From: Clostridiales bacterium
GTDB taxonomy: Bacteria; Bacillota; Limnochordia; Darwinibacteriales; B1SED10-159
Assembly (NCBI GenBank): GCA_003551965.1
Contig: PUOC01000206.1
Span: 1-53,499 of the forward strand
DNA: 53,499 bases
Reading direction: 5' to 3'
Notes under the pieces: generated by a model
Databases searched by the model: none
Seen by the model: only the letters and a program-made list of their open reading frames with translations
Told to the model about the DNA's origin: nothing
Position numbers and translations under genes: made by a program
In this document: positions 9,336 through 17,969 of the stretch, in pieces
Layout of the letters: each line of letters begins with the position of its first letter
Position numbering within the stretch: position 1 is the stretch's first letter

Positions 9336-10115
9336 CTAAGGCTGCACCGCCCGCTCTAGTTCCTTGTAGACATCGCTATGGAGCAGAAACAGGTTTTCCT
9401 GCGCATGATCATAGGCGGTGCGGCCTTTGGAATCCACGGCCCTCGGATCTAAACCGGAATGGAGCAGATAGCGCACTACATTGGGATTTTCGTTGAGAGC
9501 AGCTGCCGCCATCAGTGGTGTGACGCCATCCTCAGCCTTCACGTCCAGTTCTGCCCCAGCCATGAGCAGCGCCGTCAGAACCTCGGGATTGGAGTTGAAG
9601 CCCGCGGCAAACAGGACGGGCGGCCAACCGCTTCTAGTTCGGTGGCTGACATCGGCCCCAGCGTCGATTAGACAAGCGGTGATCTCTGGATTTTTGTTGC
9701 TGATTGCAGCGAACACCAACGGTGTCCAACCGGCTTCGGTCGTCTGACCAACATCAGCACCGGCATCAAGCAGCGCTTTTATCACAGTTCTGCTGGGATT
9801 TTCCATGGCAGCCAGCATCAAGGCCGTGCCGCCGCCGGCGTTCTCAATGTCCAGCTCCGCTCCGGCATCCAGTAGAATTTCAATCACGTCCACGGTTGTG
9901 TGTTTGAGGGCGGCTACCATCAGGGGCGTCCCGCCATTCAAGTTCTGCACATTGACATCAACACCTCGTTCAACAGCTTCTTTCACAGCTGCAGTGTTTT
10001 TCTCCTCAACATAACGGAAAAACTCTGCCATAGTGACAGCCTCTGCGCTGGGAGCAATCCATGCCACAGCCAAAACGACCGCGAGCAGAAGCGATGTCTT
10101 GTGCATACGTACCAT
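9336..10115 (-). CDS. Secreted ankyrin-repeat protein
   Basis: Signal peptide ending AEA, followed by repeated G.TPLM.AA...N..V...LL.AGA units (five clear, plus partial flanking ones). Confidence 0.9.
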   Translation of the reverse strand: MVRMHKTSLLLAVVLAVAWIAPSAEAVTMAEFFRYVEEKNTAAVKEAVERGVDVNVQNLNGGTPLMVAALKHTTVDVIEILLDAGAELDIENAGGGTALMLAAMENPSRTVIKALLDAGADVGQTTEAGWTPLVFAAISNKNPEITACLIDAGADVSHRTRSGWPPVLFAAGFNSNPEVLTALLMAGAELDVKAEDGVTPLMAAAALNENPNVVRYLLHSGLDPRAVDSKGRTAYDHAQENLFLLHSDVYKELERAVQP

Positions 10116-10188
10116 CCTTCCCTCTGCAGGACAACTCTTTCAACTCTTGACTCCCTGCTTTTAGTTGGAGCATAGGATACAATGGACC

Positions 10189-10959
10189 CTATGGATTGCG
10201 CATGATCTCTCTGGCTGCATCGCGATCAAGAAACAGTGTGGCGTCACGGTGTGTCCGCAGAATAGATGCCGGGCATGCAGTGGATATGGGGCCCGCTAGG
10301 CATTTCTTAACGGCCTGGGCTTTGCGTCCCTCGGGAACAATGGAGAGGATCTTCTTCGATGCCATGATCGCAGGTATAGTCAAAGTGATCGCCTGTTTGG
10401 GAACATCGTCAAGGGTATCAAACCAGCCTTCACCCAACTGCTGTTTGCGGCAAGTTTCATCGAGTTCAACGATTTTCACCCAATGCGGATCGTTGAAGTC
10501 AGCCACCGGCGGGTCGTTGAAGGCGATATGCCCATTCTCCCCAATGCCGATAAACCCAAGATCGATGGGGTTGTCCTTCAGCAGCCTCTCATAGCGCCGG
10601 CATTCGGCGTCCACATCGTCTGCATCGCCTTCAATATACTCGAATCCAGCTGGCTGAAACGGCTTCTCTACCCGCTCGCGCAGCCAGAGGCGGAAACTAG
10701 CAGGATGGTCCGGGGCCATGTCCTTATACTCGTCGAGATGATAGCCATGCACTCGCTGCCATGGTATCGTCTGTTGAGAGAGCCCCTCAATAAACGGAAA
10801 TTGGGAAGCACCCGTGGAAAACAGCCAATTCACCAGGGATGTACCGCCTCCCGAAAGGGTTGCGGCGGCTTCCCGGGCAGCCGCCTCACCTGCTTCCTCT
10901 TTGTCTGCGTAGATCTTCACGCGCAGATTGTCAATGATCTTTTCGTCCAGTGGTTTCAT
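10189..10959 (-). CDS. Glucosamine-6-phosphate deaminase/isomerase-like protein (NagB family)
   Basis: STGASQ, HLDEY, GIGENGHIAFNDP, AITLTIPAI and CPASIL motifs. ATG at 10959 with RBS AGGAGG. FNDPP variant rather than the canonical FNEP. Confidence 0.8.
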   Translation of the reverse strand: MKPLDEKIIDNLRVKIYADKEEAGEAAAREAAATLSGGGTSLVNWLFSTGASQFPFIEGLSQQTIPWQRVHGYHLDEYKDMAPDHPASFRLWLRERVEKPFQPAGFEYIEGDADDVDAECRRYERLLKDNPIDLGFIGIGENGHIAFNDPPVADFNDPHWVKIVELDETCRKQQLGEGWFDTLDDVPKQAITLTIPAIMASKKILSIVPEGRKAQAVKKCLAGPISTACPASILRTHRDATLFLDRDAAREIMRNP

Positions 10960-11236
10960 GCCAAAACCTCCTAATTTTCGCAAGACCGCGGTCCAGAAAT
11001 GATGAATGGCTGAACATGCACCGCGGGACAGGGCTGTCAGCTCCGCCAACCGCACGCGCCCCGGCGTGCGGCGCCCATCCAGCGGACGACAGCGGCTGCC
11101 GGGTGCAAGGTACGGCAGCGATCCGGGAACAACATGATCGTCCGGTTATCTGGTCCGGCGCTATTGATGCAGTGCTGTGGCAAGGCCTTTTTGTCCTGTT
11201 GAAAATGCGCGGGCCTCTCAGTTTGGTAAGGAGCCG

Positions 11237-12049
11237 TCAGTTTTTGGGAAACTGCGTGTCCAAAAACCCGTCGATATATCGGCGGCAGGCCTCCACATGG
11301 GCTTCGGGATCGATGGATTTTGAAGGCACTTCCTCTAATTCCGAACCGGGAATGTCGTGCTTGAGCTGTTGGGCATAGGCAAAGGGGTGAATCGGGTCCT
11401 GCTGGCAGCCAAGAATCAAAGTCGGAATTTCTAGTGACTGCAGCTGTTCGCGATTTTCCACGGGAACCTGTTTGGGAAAGGATTCCAGGCGAATCGCCCG
11501 TTCCTGGGCCGCTTCCTTTTCGAACTGATCCAACAGCGACTGTGCCGCAGCGGGGTATTCCCGTTCCATCAGCGTAAAGCCTTCAAACTTGGTAAAAATC
11601 TGCCGGCCCTGTTCGGGGCCGAACTTGCGGATCAGCGCACCGACATAGGCGAACACCTGCAGGTGTTCGGGAAAGGGAGTATACAAAAAAGCGGGGCGGG
11701 AAAGAACAAGGCCCTTGACCCGGGTGCGGTGGCGAACGGCCAGCGACAGGGCCACAGCCGCGCCGAGGGAAATACCGCCGATCACAGCCGACGAAATGTT
11801 CAAGTGATCCAGCAAAGCAACCACATCATCGCCAAAGGTAACAAAGTCCATGCGATCCGGATCCCCCATGGGACGGGTGCGGCCGTGGGCTCGGAAATCC
11901 ATGCTGATCACTCGCTGCTCCGGTCCCGGTGGATATACGTCTAACGTCTGCTGGCAGTCGCCGCCTAAACCATGTTGGAAAACAAAGGGCATGCCTTCGC
12001 CTGCATCTTCGTAGTAGAACACGATGCCTTCGTGTTTGAACTCAGGCAT
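11237..12049 (-). CDS. Alpha/beta-fold hydrolase
   Basis: HGLGG oxyanion loop, DFRAHG and GISLG nucleophile elbow. ATG at 12049 overlaps the upstream gene end. Confidence 0.85.
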   Translation of the reverse strand: MPEFKHEGIVFYYEDAGEGMPFVFQHGLGGDCQQTLDVYPPGPEQRVISMDFRAHGRTRPMGDPDRMDFVTFGDDVVALLDHLNISSAVIGGISLGAAVALSLAVRHRTRVKGLVLSRPAFLYTPFPEHLQVFAYVGALIRKFGPEQGRQIFTKFEGFTLMEREYPAAAQSLLDQFEKEAAQERAIRLESFPKQVPVENREQLQSLEIPTLILGCQQDPIHPFAYAQQLKHDIPGSELEEVPSKSIDPEAHVEACRRYIDGFLDTQFPKN

Positions 12050-12896
12050 GGAAATGGCTTCCTTTCCCTCGTCCTTGAAGCTTTCTGCGGGCAAACTCTA
12101 TGGAGGCCGCAGCATCTTCTTCGGCGAAACCGTGCAGGATAAAGGGTCCCTGATACGGCGTCTCCTCAATCAGGCTGAGGTACAGATCCACATCGAGCAT
12201 TCCCTGGCCAAAGGGCACATCACCCGTATGGCCCTGGAGGAAGTCTTTGCCGTGAACCAGCACCAGATCATCACCGAGCAGATCAAATGCTTCGGTCAGC
12301 ACCGCGTCCATGTCATTCGGTTCGCAGTACAGCAGTATATTTGCCGCATCCATGATCACCTTTAGGCGCGTACTTTCCATGGTATCCAACAGTGTTCGTC
12401 CCGCCTGGGCCGAGCAGACGACGTTGTGATACTCCGGCTCAAAACCCAAGATAACCCCGCTGTCCTGGGTGCGCTCCAGCGCTTCTTCCACCGACGCCAG
12501 CATATCCTCCCAGGCCTCGGGCGTGCGGTTATCCGGATGGTGTTTCCACATATTGTCGGGATCCCTGGTTCCAGTACACAGAGTCAGACAGTGCGTGCCC
12601 AAGTCCACGGCAGCCTGTGACAGTTTTTCCAGATAATTCATTCCGGCACGCCGTATTGAGGGGTCGGGATGGGCCATATTGTAGGTGGCCGACAGCGCAG
12701 CAATTGCCAGGCCGCGGTCGTCAACAGCTTGTTTAATCTTTCTAAGACCCGCGCGCCGTTCTGTTTGGGGCTGGTCCAAGAGTGAAGGATCCGGCAGCTT
12801 GAACTGCATCCATTGCAGGCCATGTTCGGACACGGCCGCCAGCGTTTGTTCCACATCGTCCCGGTCAAAGGTCCGAGCTAAAATACCTAATTCCAT
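12042..12896 (-). CDS. Sugar phosphate isomerase/epimerase (xylose isomerase-like TIM barrel, AP endonuclease 2 family)
   Basis: LGFEPE, MDAAN, VHGKD and G.G.LD metal-binding motifs. Confidence 0.85.
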   Translation of the reverse strand: MELGILARTFDRDDVEQTLAAVSEHGLQWMQFKLPDPSLLDQPQTERRAGLRKIKQAVDDRGLAIAALSATYNMAHPDPSIRRAGMNYLEKLSQAAVDLGTHCLTLCTGTRDPDNMWKHHPDNRTPEAWEDMLASVEEALERTQDSGVILGFEPEYHNVVCSAQAGRTLLDTMESTRLKVIMDAANILLYCEPNDMDAVLTEAFDLLGDDLVLVHGKDFLQGHTGDVPFGQGMLDVDLYLSLIEETPYQGPFILHGFAEEDAAASIEFARRKLQGRGKGSHFHA

Positions 12897-13973
12897 TCAA
12901 ACACGTCCTTCCGATATTTCCTGCGGCCGCTGCGGCTTGCCGGTTTCCACCGAACGGTTAATCGCCGCCATGATGCGCATGGCGGCCACTCCATCGCCGA
13001 CATGGGGGTTTGGCACGGTTCCCTGGACAATGCAGCGGGCAAAGGCTTCCACCTGCCTGCGGTAAAAATGGGCATCGGCTCCAAGAAGCCGGTGATACTG
13101 ACCGGTTTCCGTCGAAAAACACTCGACATCGCTGGACTTTAAGTACCAGGGAAGATAGGTTTTGCCCACAATGCTGCCCTTTTCTCCATAGATCTGGAAC
13201 CCTTCGTGCCAGTCCATGCGCACAGCCACGGTTAGGTCCAAGTGGCCGACACTGCCATCGGCAAAGTCTGCAGAGACAAACCAGCAGTGCGCTCCGAACT
13301 TCTCTGCCAAACGCGCCTGGACCATCACGATCTCCCCGCCGAGAAATCGGGCGGTGTCGATGAGGTGGCTGCCGTGGGTAAGCATGTAATAGCGGCGCCG
13401 ATCGGTCTCTTTGGGGTTTTCCTCGGGAACCCGTCTCTGGCTGCTGGTGACCGCAACGGGCAGCAGGTTGTCGGTCATCGTATAGCGATAGGTCGAATCA
13501 CAATACCACGCCTTTAAGGCCAGCATGCCCCCCATCTCTTCGTCTATGAACCGCTTGGCAAATTCGATGCCTGGATCGTACCGCTTCATATGGCCCACCT
13601 GGAGAACACAGCCAGACTCCTCCACAGCCTTTTCCAGCTGCAAGCACTCTGCGATGTCCAATCCGAGCGGTTTTTCCAGCAGCACGTGTTTTCCGGCCTG
13701 CAGGGCGCACAGTGCCAAAGGAACGTGGAACGCGTCCGCCGTGGCAATGATCACGGCATCGACCTTTTGGTCCGCGAGCATGTCATCATAGTCCAGATAG
13801 CTTCTCTGCGGTTCATGGATCGAAGCCATGCGCTCCACCAGATCCGGGGCCGAGTCGCAGATGGCGTAGAGCATTGCATTGTCTGCTTTGCGGCAGGACT
13901 CAAAATGTGCGTTCTGTGCAATAGGCCCGCACCCCAAAACACCCATGCGGATGGGAACCGAAACCTTTGTCAC
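12897..13973 (-). CDS. Gfo/Idh/MocA-family NAD(P)-dependent oxidoreductase
   Basis: GVLGCGPIA Rossmann motif, AGKHVLLEKP, VGHMKRYDP and HGSHLID. GTG start at 13973 with RBS AAAGGAGG. Confidence 0.9.
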   Translation of the reverse strand: MTKVSVPIRMGVLGCGPIAQNAHFESCRKADNAMLYAICDSAPDLVERMASIHEPQRSYLDYDDMLADQKVDAVIIATADAFHVPLALCALQAGKHVLLEKPLGLDIAECLQLEKAVEESGCVLQVGHMKRYDPGIEFAKRFIDEEMGGMLALKAWYCDSTYRYTMTDNLLPVAVTSSQRRVPEENPKETDRRRYYMLTHGSHLIDTARFLGGEIVMVQARLAEKFGAHCWFVSADFADGSVGHLDLTVAVRMDWHEGFQIYGEKGSIVGKTYLPWYLKSSDVECFSTETGQYHRLLGADAHFYRRQVEAFARCIVQGTVPNPHVGDGVAAMRIMAAINRSVETGKPQRPQEISEGRV

Positions 13974-14102
13974 GACAACGCCTCCTTTTCCCTGCGGGAT
14001 CAGCATTACTCTGCCATTGCTTCGACTCCTGGCAGTTCGAACCCTGCATAATCACTCGTCTGTGCATTCGGAAGGCATAAACCGCTGCGCCCGAAGGCAT
14101 TG

Positions 14103-15191
14103 CTAGACTGGCTTCGGGGGTGTGACGCCTACTTCGGCGCCGATCTCCTGCAGCTCTTGCCATACCTTTTCCGGAAGCGGTATGCCTTGCTGCGCGCATT
14201 CCTGTTCATGGAGGTACTCCTTGAACCCCGCATAGTACACTTGGCTGTGTCCCTGGGCAGGAGGCGCCTCCCGCAGTGCCTGCAGCATCTGGTCCATGTC
14301 CCGTTTCACGTCCTTTGGATCCCGAAACAGGTCGAGGCGGAGGGCTGCAAAGAAATGGCATACCCGCCCCGCCGTTTCGCCCGCGTCGGAAACATCCTGG
14401 CCAAATGTTCCGCCGGATAAGACAGCTGTGAAAATGTCGACCATGGCAGCTAGTCCGTAGCCCTTATGGCCGCCTCTGATCTCTCCAAGGCCGCCCAAGG
14501 GAAGTATGCCGCCGCCAAGTTGGCGCACGATGCCATCCAGCAATTTTTCCGCATCGCGGGTGGGTTGGCCGTCTTGCCCCACAGCCCAGCCCTCGGGCAG
14601 CGGCTGCCCCTCTCTGCGGTATGTTTCGATCTTGCCCCGGGTCACCGTGGTGGTTGACATATCAAGCACAAAAGCGGGCTGTTGTTCGGCGGGCACAGCC
14701 ACCGCCAGCGGGTTGGTCCCAAAAAACCGGTCTCTGGCAAACGTGGGCACGCCCAATGCCGCCGTGTTCGTCATGGCAATACCAATCATGTCCCGGGGCA
14801 GAGCCATCATGGCATAGTAGCCGGCAATGCCGAAGTGATTGGAGTCGCGGACCGCTGCAAGTCCTGCTCCGTGCTCTGCGGCCCGTTCCACGGTATCTGC
14901 CATCACCCTGCGGCTTATGTGCAGGCCAATGGCACCTTCCGCGTCCACCGTGGTGGAAATCGGCGTGCTCTTCAGCACCCGTCCCTGTGTACCAGGGATC
15001 ATGATACCTTGGCGGATGCCGTTGATGTAGCGTCTCAGCCTGGCGGTCCCATGGCTTCCGATCCCTCGGGCATCGGCAGCCACCAGAATTTCTGCCGAGT
15101 CCTCCGCTTCTTCGGCCGAGAGGCCTTCATGCAGAAAAATGGTCCGGCAGAAGTTCGTCAATTCTTGGTTCGAGATTCGTGTGTGGGTCAT
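14103..15191 (-). CDS. Ldh_2-family (type 2 malate/L-lactate-like) 2-hydroxyacid dehydrogenase
   Basis: ADARGIGSHG, SNHFGIAGYY, GTNPLAVA, LDMSTT and GGHKGYGL motifs. Start is ATG 15191 or GTG 15230. Confidence 0.88.
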   Translation of the reverse strand: MTHTRISNQELTNFCRTIFLHEGLSAEEAEDSAEILVAADARGIGSHGTARLRRYINGIRQGIMIPGTQGRVLKSTPISTTVDAEGAIGLHISRRVMADTVERAAEHGAGLAAVRDSNHFGIAGYYAMMALPRDMIGIAMTNTAALGVPTFARDRFFGTNPLAVAVPAEQQPAFVLDMSTTTVTRGKIETYRREGQPLPEGWAVGQDGQPTRDAEKLLDGIVRQLGGGILPLGGLGEIRGGHKGYGLAAMVDIFTAVLSGGTFGQDVSDAGETAGRVCHFFAALRLDLFRDPKDVKRDMDQMLQALREAPPAQGHSQVYYAGFKEYLHEQECAQQGIPLPEKVWQELQEIGAEVGVTPPKPV

Positions 15192-15342
15192 TGTGGAGCT
15201 CCGGTAACCTAAGACCGGAGCCCTCTTCACCTCACTTTCAGCTTTTGGGGAACCGTTCGCTGCCAGCGTCCGAAAGCCCTGTTAGCCCCGGATACCAAAT
15301 TGATAGCAGGCACGGAAACGGTTCCCAGGAGGTATGGATCCA

Positions 15343-15837
15343 CTATCCAAACAGGAAGTGGGCAATGGTGCCGCTCAATGGGGGAACAAGAATCACGGCC
15401 GCCAGCTTCAAGACAACGAAGCGCGGCCCCAGAAAAGCAAATTCGAAGGGCAAATGCCCGACATTGTGCATGGCCCAGCCGGTAATCATGGCGATGGCGG
15501 TACCGGTCCCTACCGCGTCTCGAAACACCGCGTCAAATAGGGGAAAGAAGGAAAACGGACCGCCCTGGACTAAAGCACCGATGAACGGTGCAATCACAAT
15601 ACCCCGCCAACCCGCCTCCTCGCCCAGCCAACGGGACAGTGCTTCCCCCGGGAGCACGGTCTGCAGAAGACCGGCAACCGTGAAGGCCGCAGCCAGAATC
15701 GGCAGTACATTGACAAACATGTCGCGCCCTGTCTGCACGGCCTTCTTATGGGTATCGTCACCGCGGCGATACGCAACGGCAAATAGCACCGCCGCCAGGA
15801 TCAAAAGCGCCACAAAGGCATTACGCACGGCTGTCAC
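15343..15837 (-). CDS. Predicted permease (DUF318/ArsP-like), subunit 2
   Basis: Hydrophobic protein with ..SRWLGEEAGWRG....IGALVQGGPF.FFP motif. Overlaps the upstream paralog. Confidence 0.7.
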   Translation of the reverse strand: MTAVRNAFVALLILAAVLFAVAYRRGDDTHKKAVQTGRDMFVNVLPILAAAFTVAGLLQTVLPGEALSRWLGEEAGWRGIVIAPFIGALVQGGPFSFFPLFDAVFRDAVGTGTAIAMITGWAMHNVGHLPFEFAFLGPRFVVLKLAAVILVPPLSGTIAHFLFG

Positions 15838-16381
15838 CGCCCTTGTTCGTCTGCTTCAGGGCTTCCGCGTCCAGGCGAATTTTTTCAGTCAATCCCGGCA
15901 GCAGCGTATTGACGAGAATGCCCAGCAGAATCGGAAATAGGAAGGTCACAGCGAGCCGGATCAGTGTTAGATCAACGCCCACAATGGCCAGTTCCAAGGG
16001 AATGCGCCCCAGGCTCCACGCCGTCTTGCCGGTCACGAAGCTGATCACCGTCCCAATCTGCGCCCCGGATACAAGCAGGGTTGCCATCAGCGGATAGAAG
16101 AAGAACGGACCGCCGGGAACGATGGCTCCAGCTAAAGCACCCAGGACAGGGCCTTTCCAGCCGGCCTGTTCACCAAGCCAACGGGATATCAGCTCCCGAG
16201 GAATCAAATTGAAGATAAGTCCGGCCACGAAAAAGGCTACCACTAGGAGAGGAAATAGGGTGACAAGCATGCGCACGCCTCGGAATAGACCGTCGAAAAG
16301 GAGTTCAAAACCTCCTTGATACATGGCCGCTCCAGATAACAGGACAACAGCAACCAACATGCCCCTAAACGTCGACTTCAC
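15821..16381 (-). CDS. Predicted permease (DUF318/ArsP-like), subunit 1
   Basis: LIPRELISRWLGEQAGWKG....AGAIVPGGPFFFYP motif. GTG start with RBS GAGGAG. Confidence 0.72.
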   Translation of the reverse strand: MKSTFRGMLVAVVLLSGAAMYQGGFELLFDGLFRGVRMLVTLFPLLVVAFFVAGLIFNLIPRELISRWLGEQAGWKGPVLGALAGAIVPGGPFFFYPLMATLLVSGAQIGTVISFVTGKTAWSLGRIPLELAIVGVDLTLIRLAVTFLFPILLGILVNTLLPGLTEKIRLDAEALKQTNKGGDSRA

Positions 16382-16622
16382 GGTAATCTCCTCACTCCAC
16401 GCATAGACAGAATATCACAGAAAAGCGGTGGAAGGCCCGCACGCCATAGGCTCTGCAGAACAAACCACAGCCCCCTCTAAGGTGATATTCTATCTCGACC
16501 AGGCAAGTCCTTCGTGTGGCGAGAAATCCCTGGACCTGTCCCTATGACCCCACAAGCCACCCCGGCAGGGAGCCCGGCAACCAAGGCCGGCGCCGGGAAT
16601 CTGTCCCGCCGCTGGGACCGGG

Positions 16623-17969
16623 CTATATCAGACCGGATCGGAATATGGACGTTTTCAAGAGCTGCCAGGCCTGGTCAGGGTAGCTTCGGGCCAGGGTACC
16701 AGCAGCCGCCATGACATAGTCTCTGTCCACATGATAGGCCGCGTTTCTAGGCAGAAGCAGCTCCCGATCCAGCTGCTGCACTGCACGGCCCAAAAGGGCT
16801 CCATCGGGGTCCAAAAAGGCAAAGACGCCTCCCGTCCCGACCATATGCTGCACGGCGGTGAGATCCTTCCCCCATGCCGAGCGCTGCCGTCCGGTGGGCC
16901 CGTAGCGGTAGCGGAGACGGCCCGCATGTCGGGAAAGGCCGTAGGACAGCGCGGCTGCAGACAAGGTCTTCACCCGTTCCCTTTCCGCCGCTGAACGGGG
17001 AATGGCCTCTCCCTGATCGAGGTTCGAAGACGGTGTCTGCAGCAGCTGTGCAATTCTGGCGCGGTTGATATAGACCCCTAAATCTCCTTCCACAGTGCGC
17101 TTCGCCCTTGGCTCCGGGGCCGCGAGTATTTCCTGAATATCCGGACTGCCCTCGGTAACGGAATGAACGTCCGTGGTGGCACCGCCTACATCAATGACGA
17201 CCACATCGCCGACTCGCTGGCAAAATAGCTGTGCGCTCTGCATCACGGCAGCCGGGGTGGGCCACACGGTACGGCCCCACAAATCCTTGACCCTGTCCAT
17301 CCCTGGTGCCGTGACAATGTGCTCTTCAAAGATCCGCTGGATGGCGGCTCGGGCGGGTTCGACGACCAGCTCATCCACACGGGGATATACATTGTCGCAG
17401 AGAAAGACAGGCAGCCCGTGACGGGTCAGCAGAGTTTGGATATCCCCCTGCAGAACAGCGTTCCCTGCATACACCACAGGTATTTTCAGATCCGCCTTGC
17501 TGAGAGCCTCTGCGATGGCCTCTGCATTGTGGTAGGCCGTCTCTTCATCGCCGTAGTCGATACCCCCGGCCAGAAGAATCAAATTCGGTTCTTCCTCTAT
17601 CAGCGCGGCCAGTTGCCGAGCGCCCAACATACCAGCGGTAACCATCTTCACCACAGCCCCTGCTCCTAAAGCGGCTTCGCGGGCAGCACGGACGGTCATA
17701 TCGTAAGCCAGGCCGTGGACGGTCATCCGCAGGCCTCCCGCTGCACTGGATGCAGCCGTACGCAGTTCTGCCTCGACACCCTTCTCGCCTAGGCCATGGG
17801 CCAGATCATCGAGAGCTGCTTCCAGGCCCCGAAAGACGTCTCCCTGGCTGGCCGTAGTCACGGCACTGCCCTGTCCTAGGAGTCTAGCGGACGGGCTGTT
17901 CATACCATCGACGGCGTGAACCATGGTTGTGGTACTGCCAATTTCGGCCACCAGCAGATCAATTTTCAC
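16623..17969 (-). CDS. GlmL/MutL-related reactivating factor of ornithine aminomutase (ASKHA ATPase fold)
   Basis: LVAEIGSTTT, SSAAGGLRM, LAGGIDYG, PTPAAV, IDVGGATTDVHSV and KRTVEGDLG motifs. Directly after oraE; GTG start at 17969. Confidence 0.88.
   Translation of the reverse strand: MKIDLLVAEIGSTTTMVHAVDGMNSPSARLLGQGSAVTTASQGDVFRGLEAALDDLAHGLGEKGVEAELRTAASSAAGGLRMTVHGLAYDMTVRAAREAALGAGAVVKMVTAGMLGARQLAALIEEEPNLILLAGGIDYGDEETAYHNAEAIAEALSKADLKIPVVYAGNAVLQGDIQTLLTRHGLPVFLCDNVYPRVDELVVEPARAAIQRIFEEHIVTAPGMDRVKDLWGRTVWPTPAAVMQSAQLFCQRVGDVVVIDVGGATTDVHSVTEGSPDIQEILAAPEPRAKRTVEGDLGVYINRARIAQLLQTPSSNLDQGEAIPRSAAERERVKTLSAAALSYGLSRHAGRLRYRYGPTGRQRSAWGKDLTAVQHMVGTGGVFAFLDPDGALLGRAVQQLDRELLLPRNAAYHVDRDYVMAAAGTLARSYPDQAWQLLKTSIFRSGLI

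Noticed and set aside
11140-11170. glmS-ribozyme-like start (AATAGCGCCGGAC...GACGA, minus strand) upstream of the NagB-like gene
   Set aside because: The conserved GACGAGG and UCGGCGGRUG core segments are absent; only a short chance match.
15238-15345. Possible TAG readthrough (pyrrolysine) extending the second permease
   Set aside because: The short extension has no recognisable features, the protein ends naturally after a TM helix, and no pyl genes are in view.
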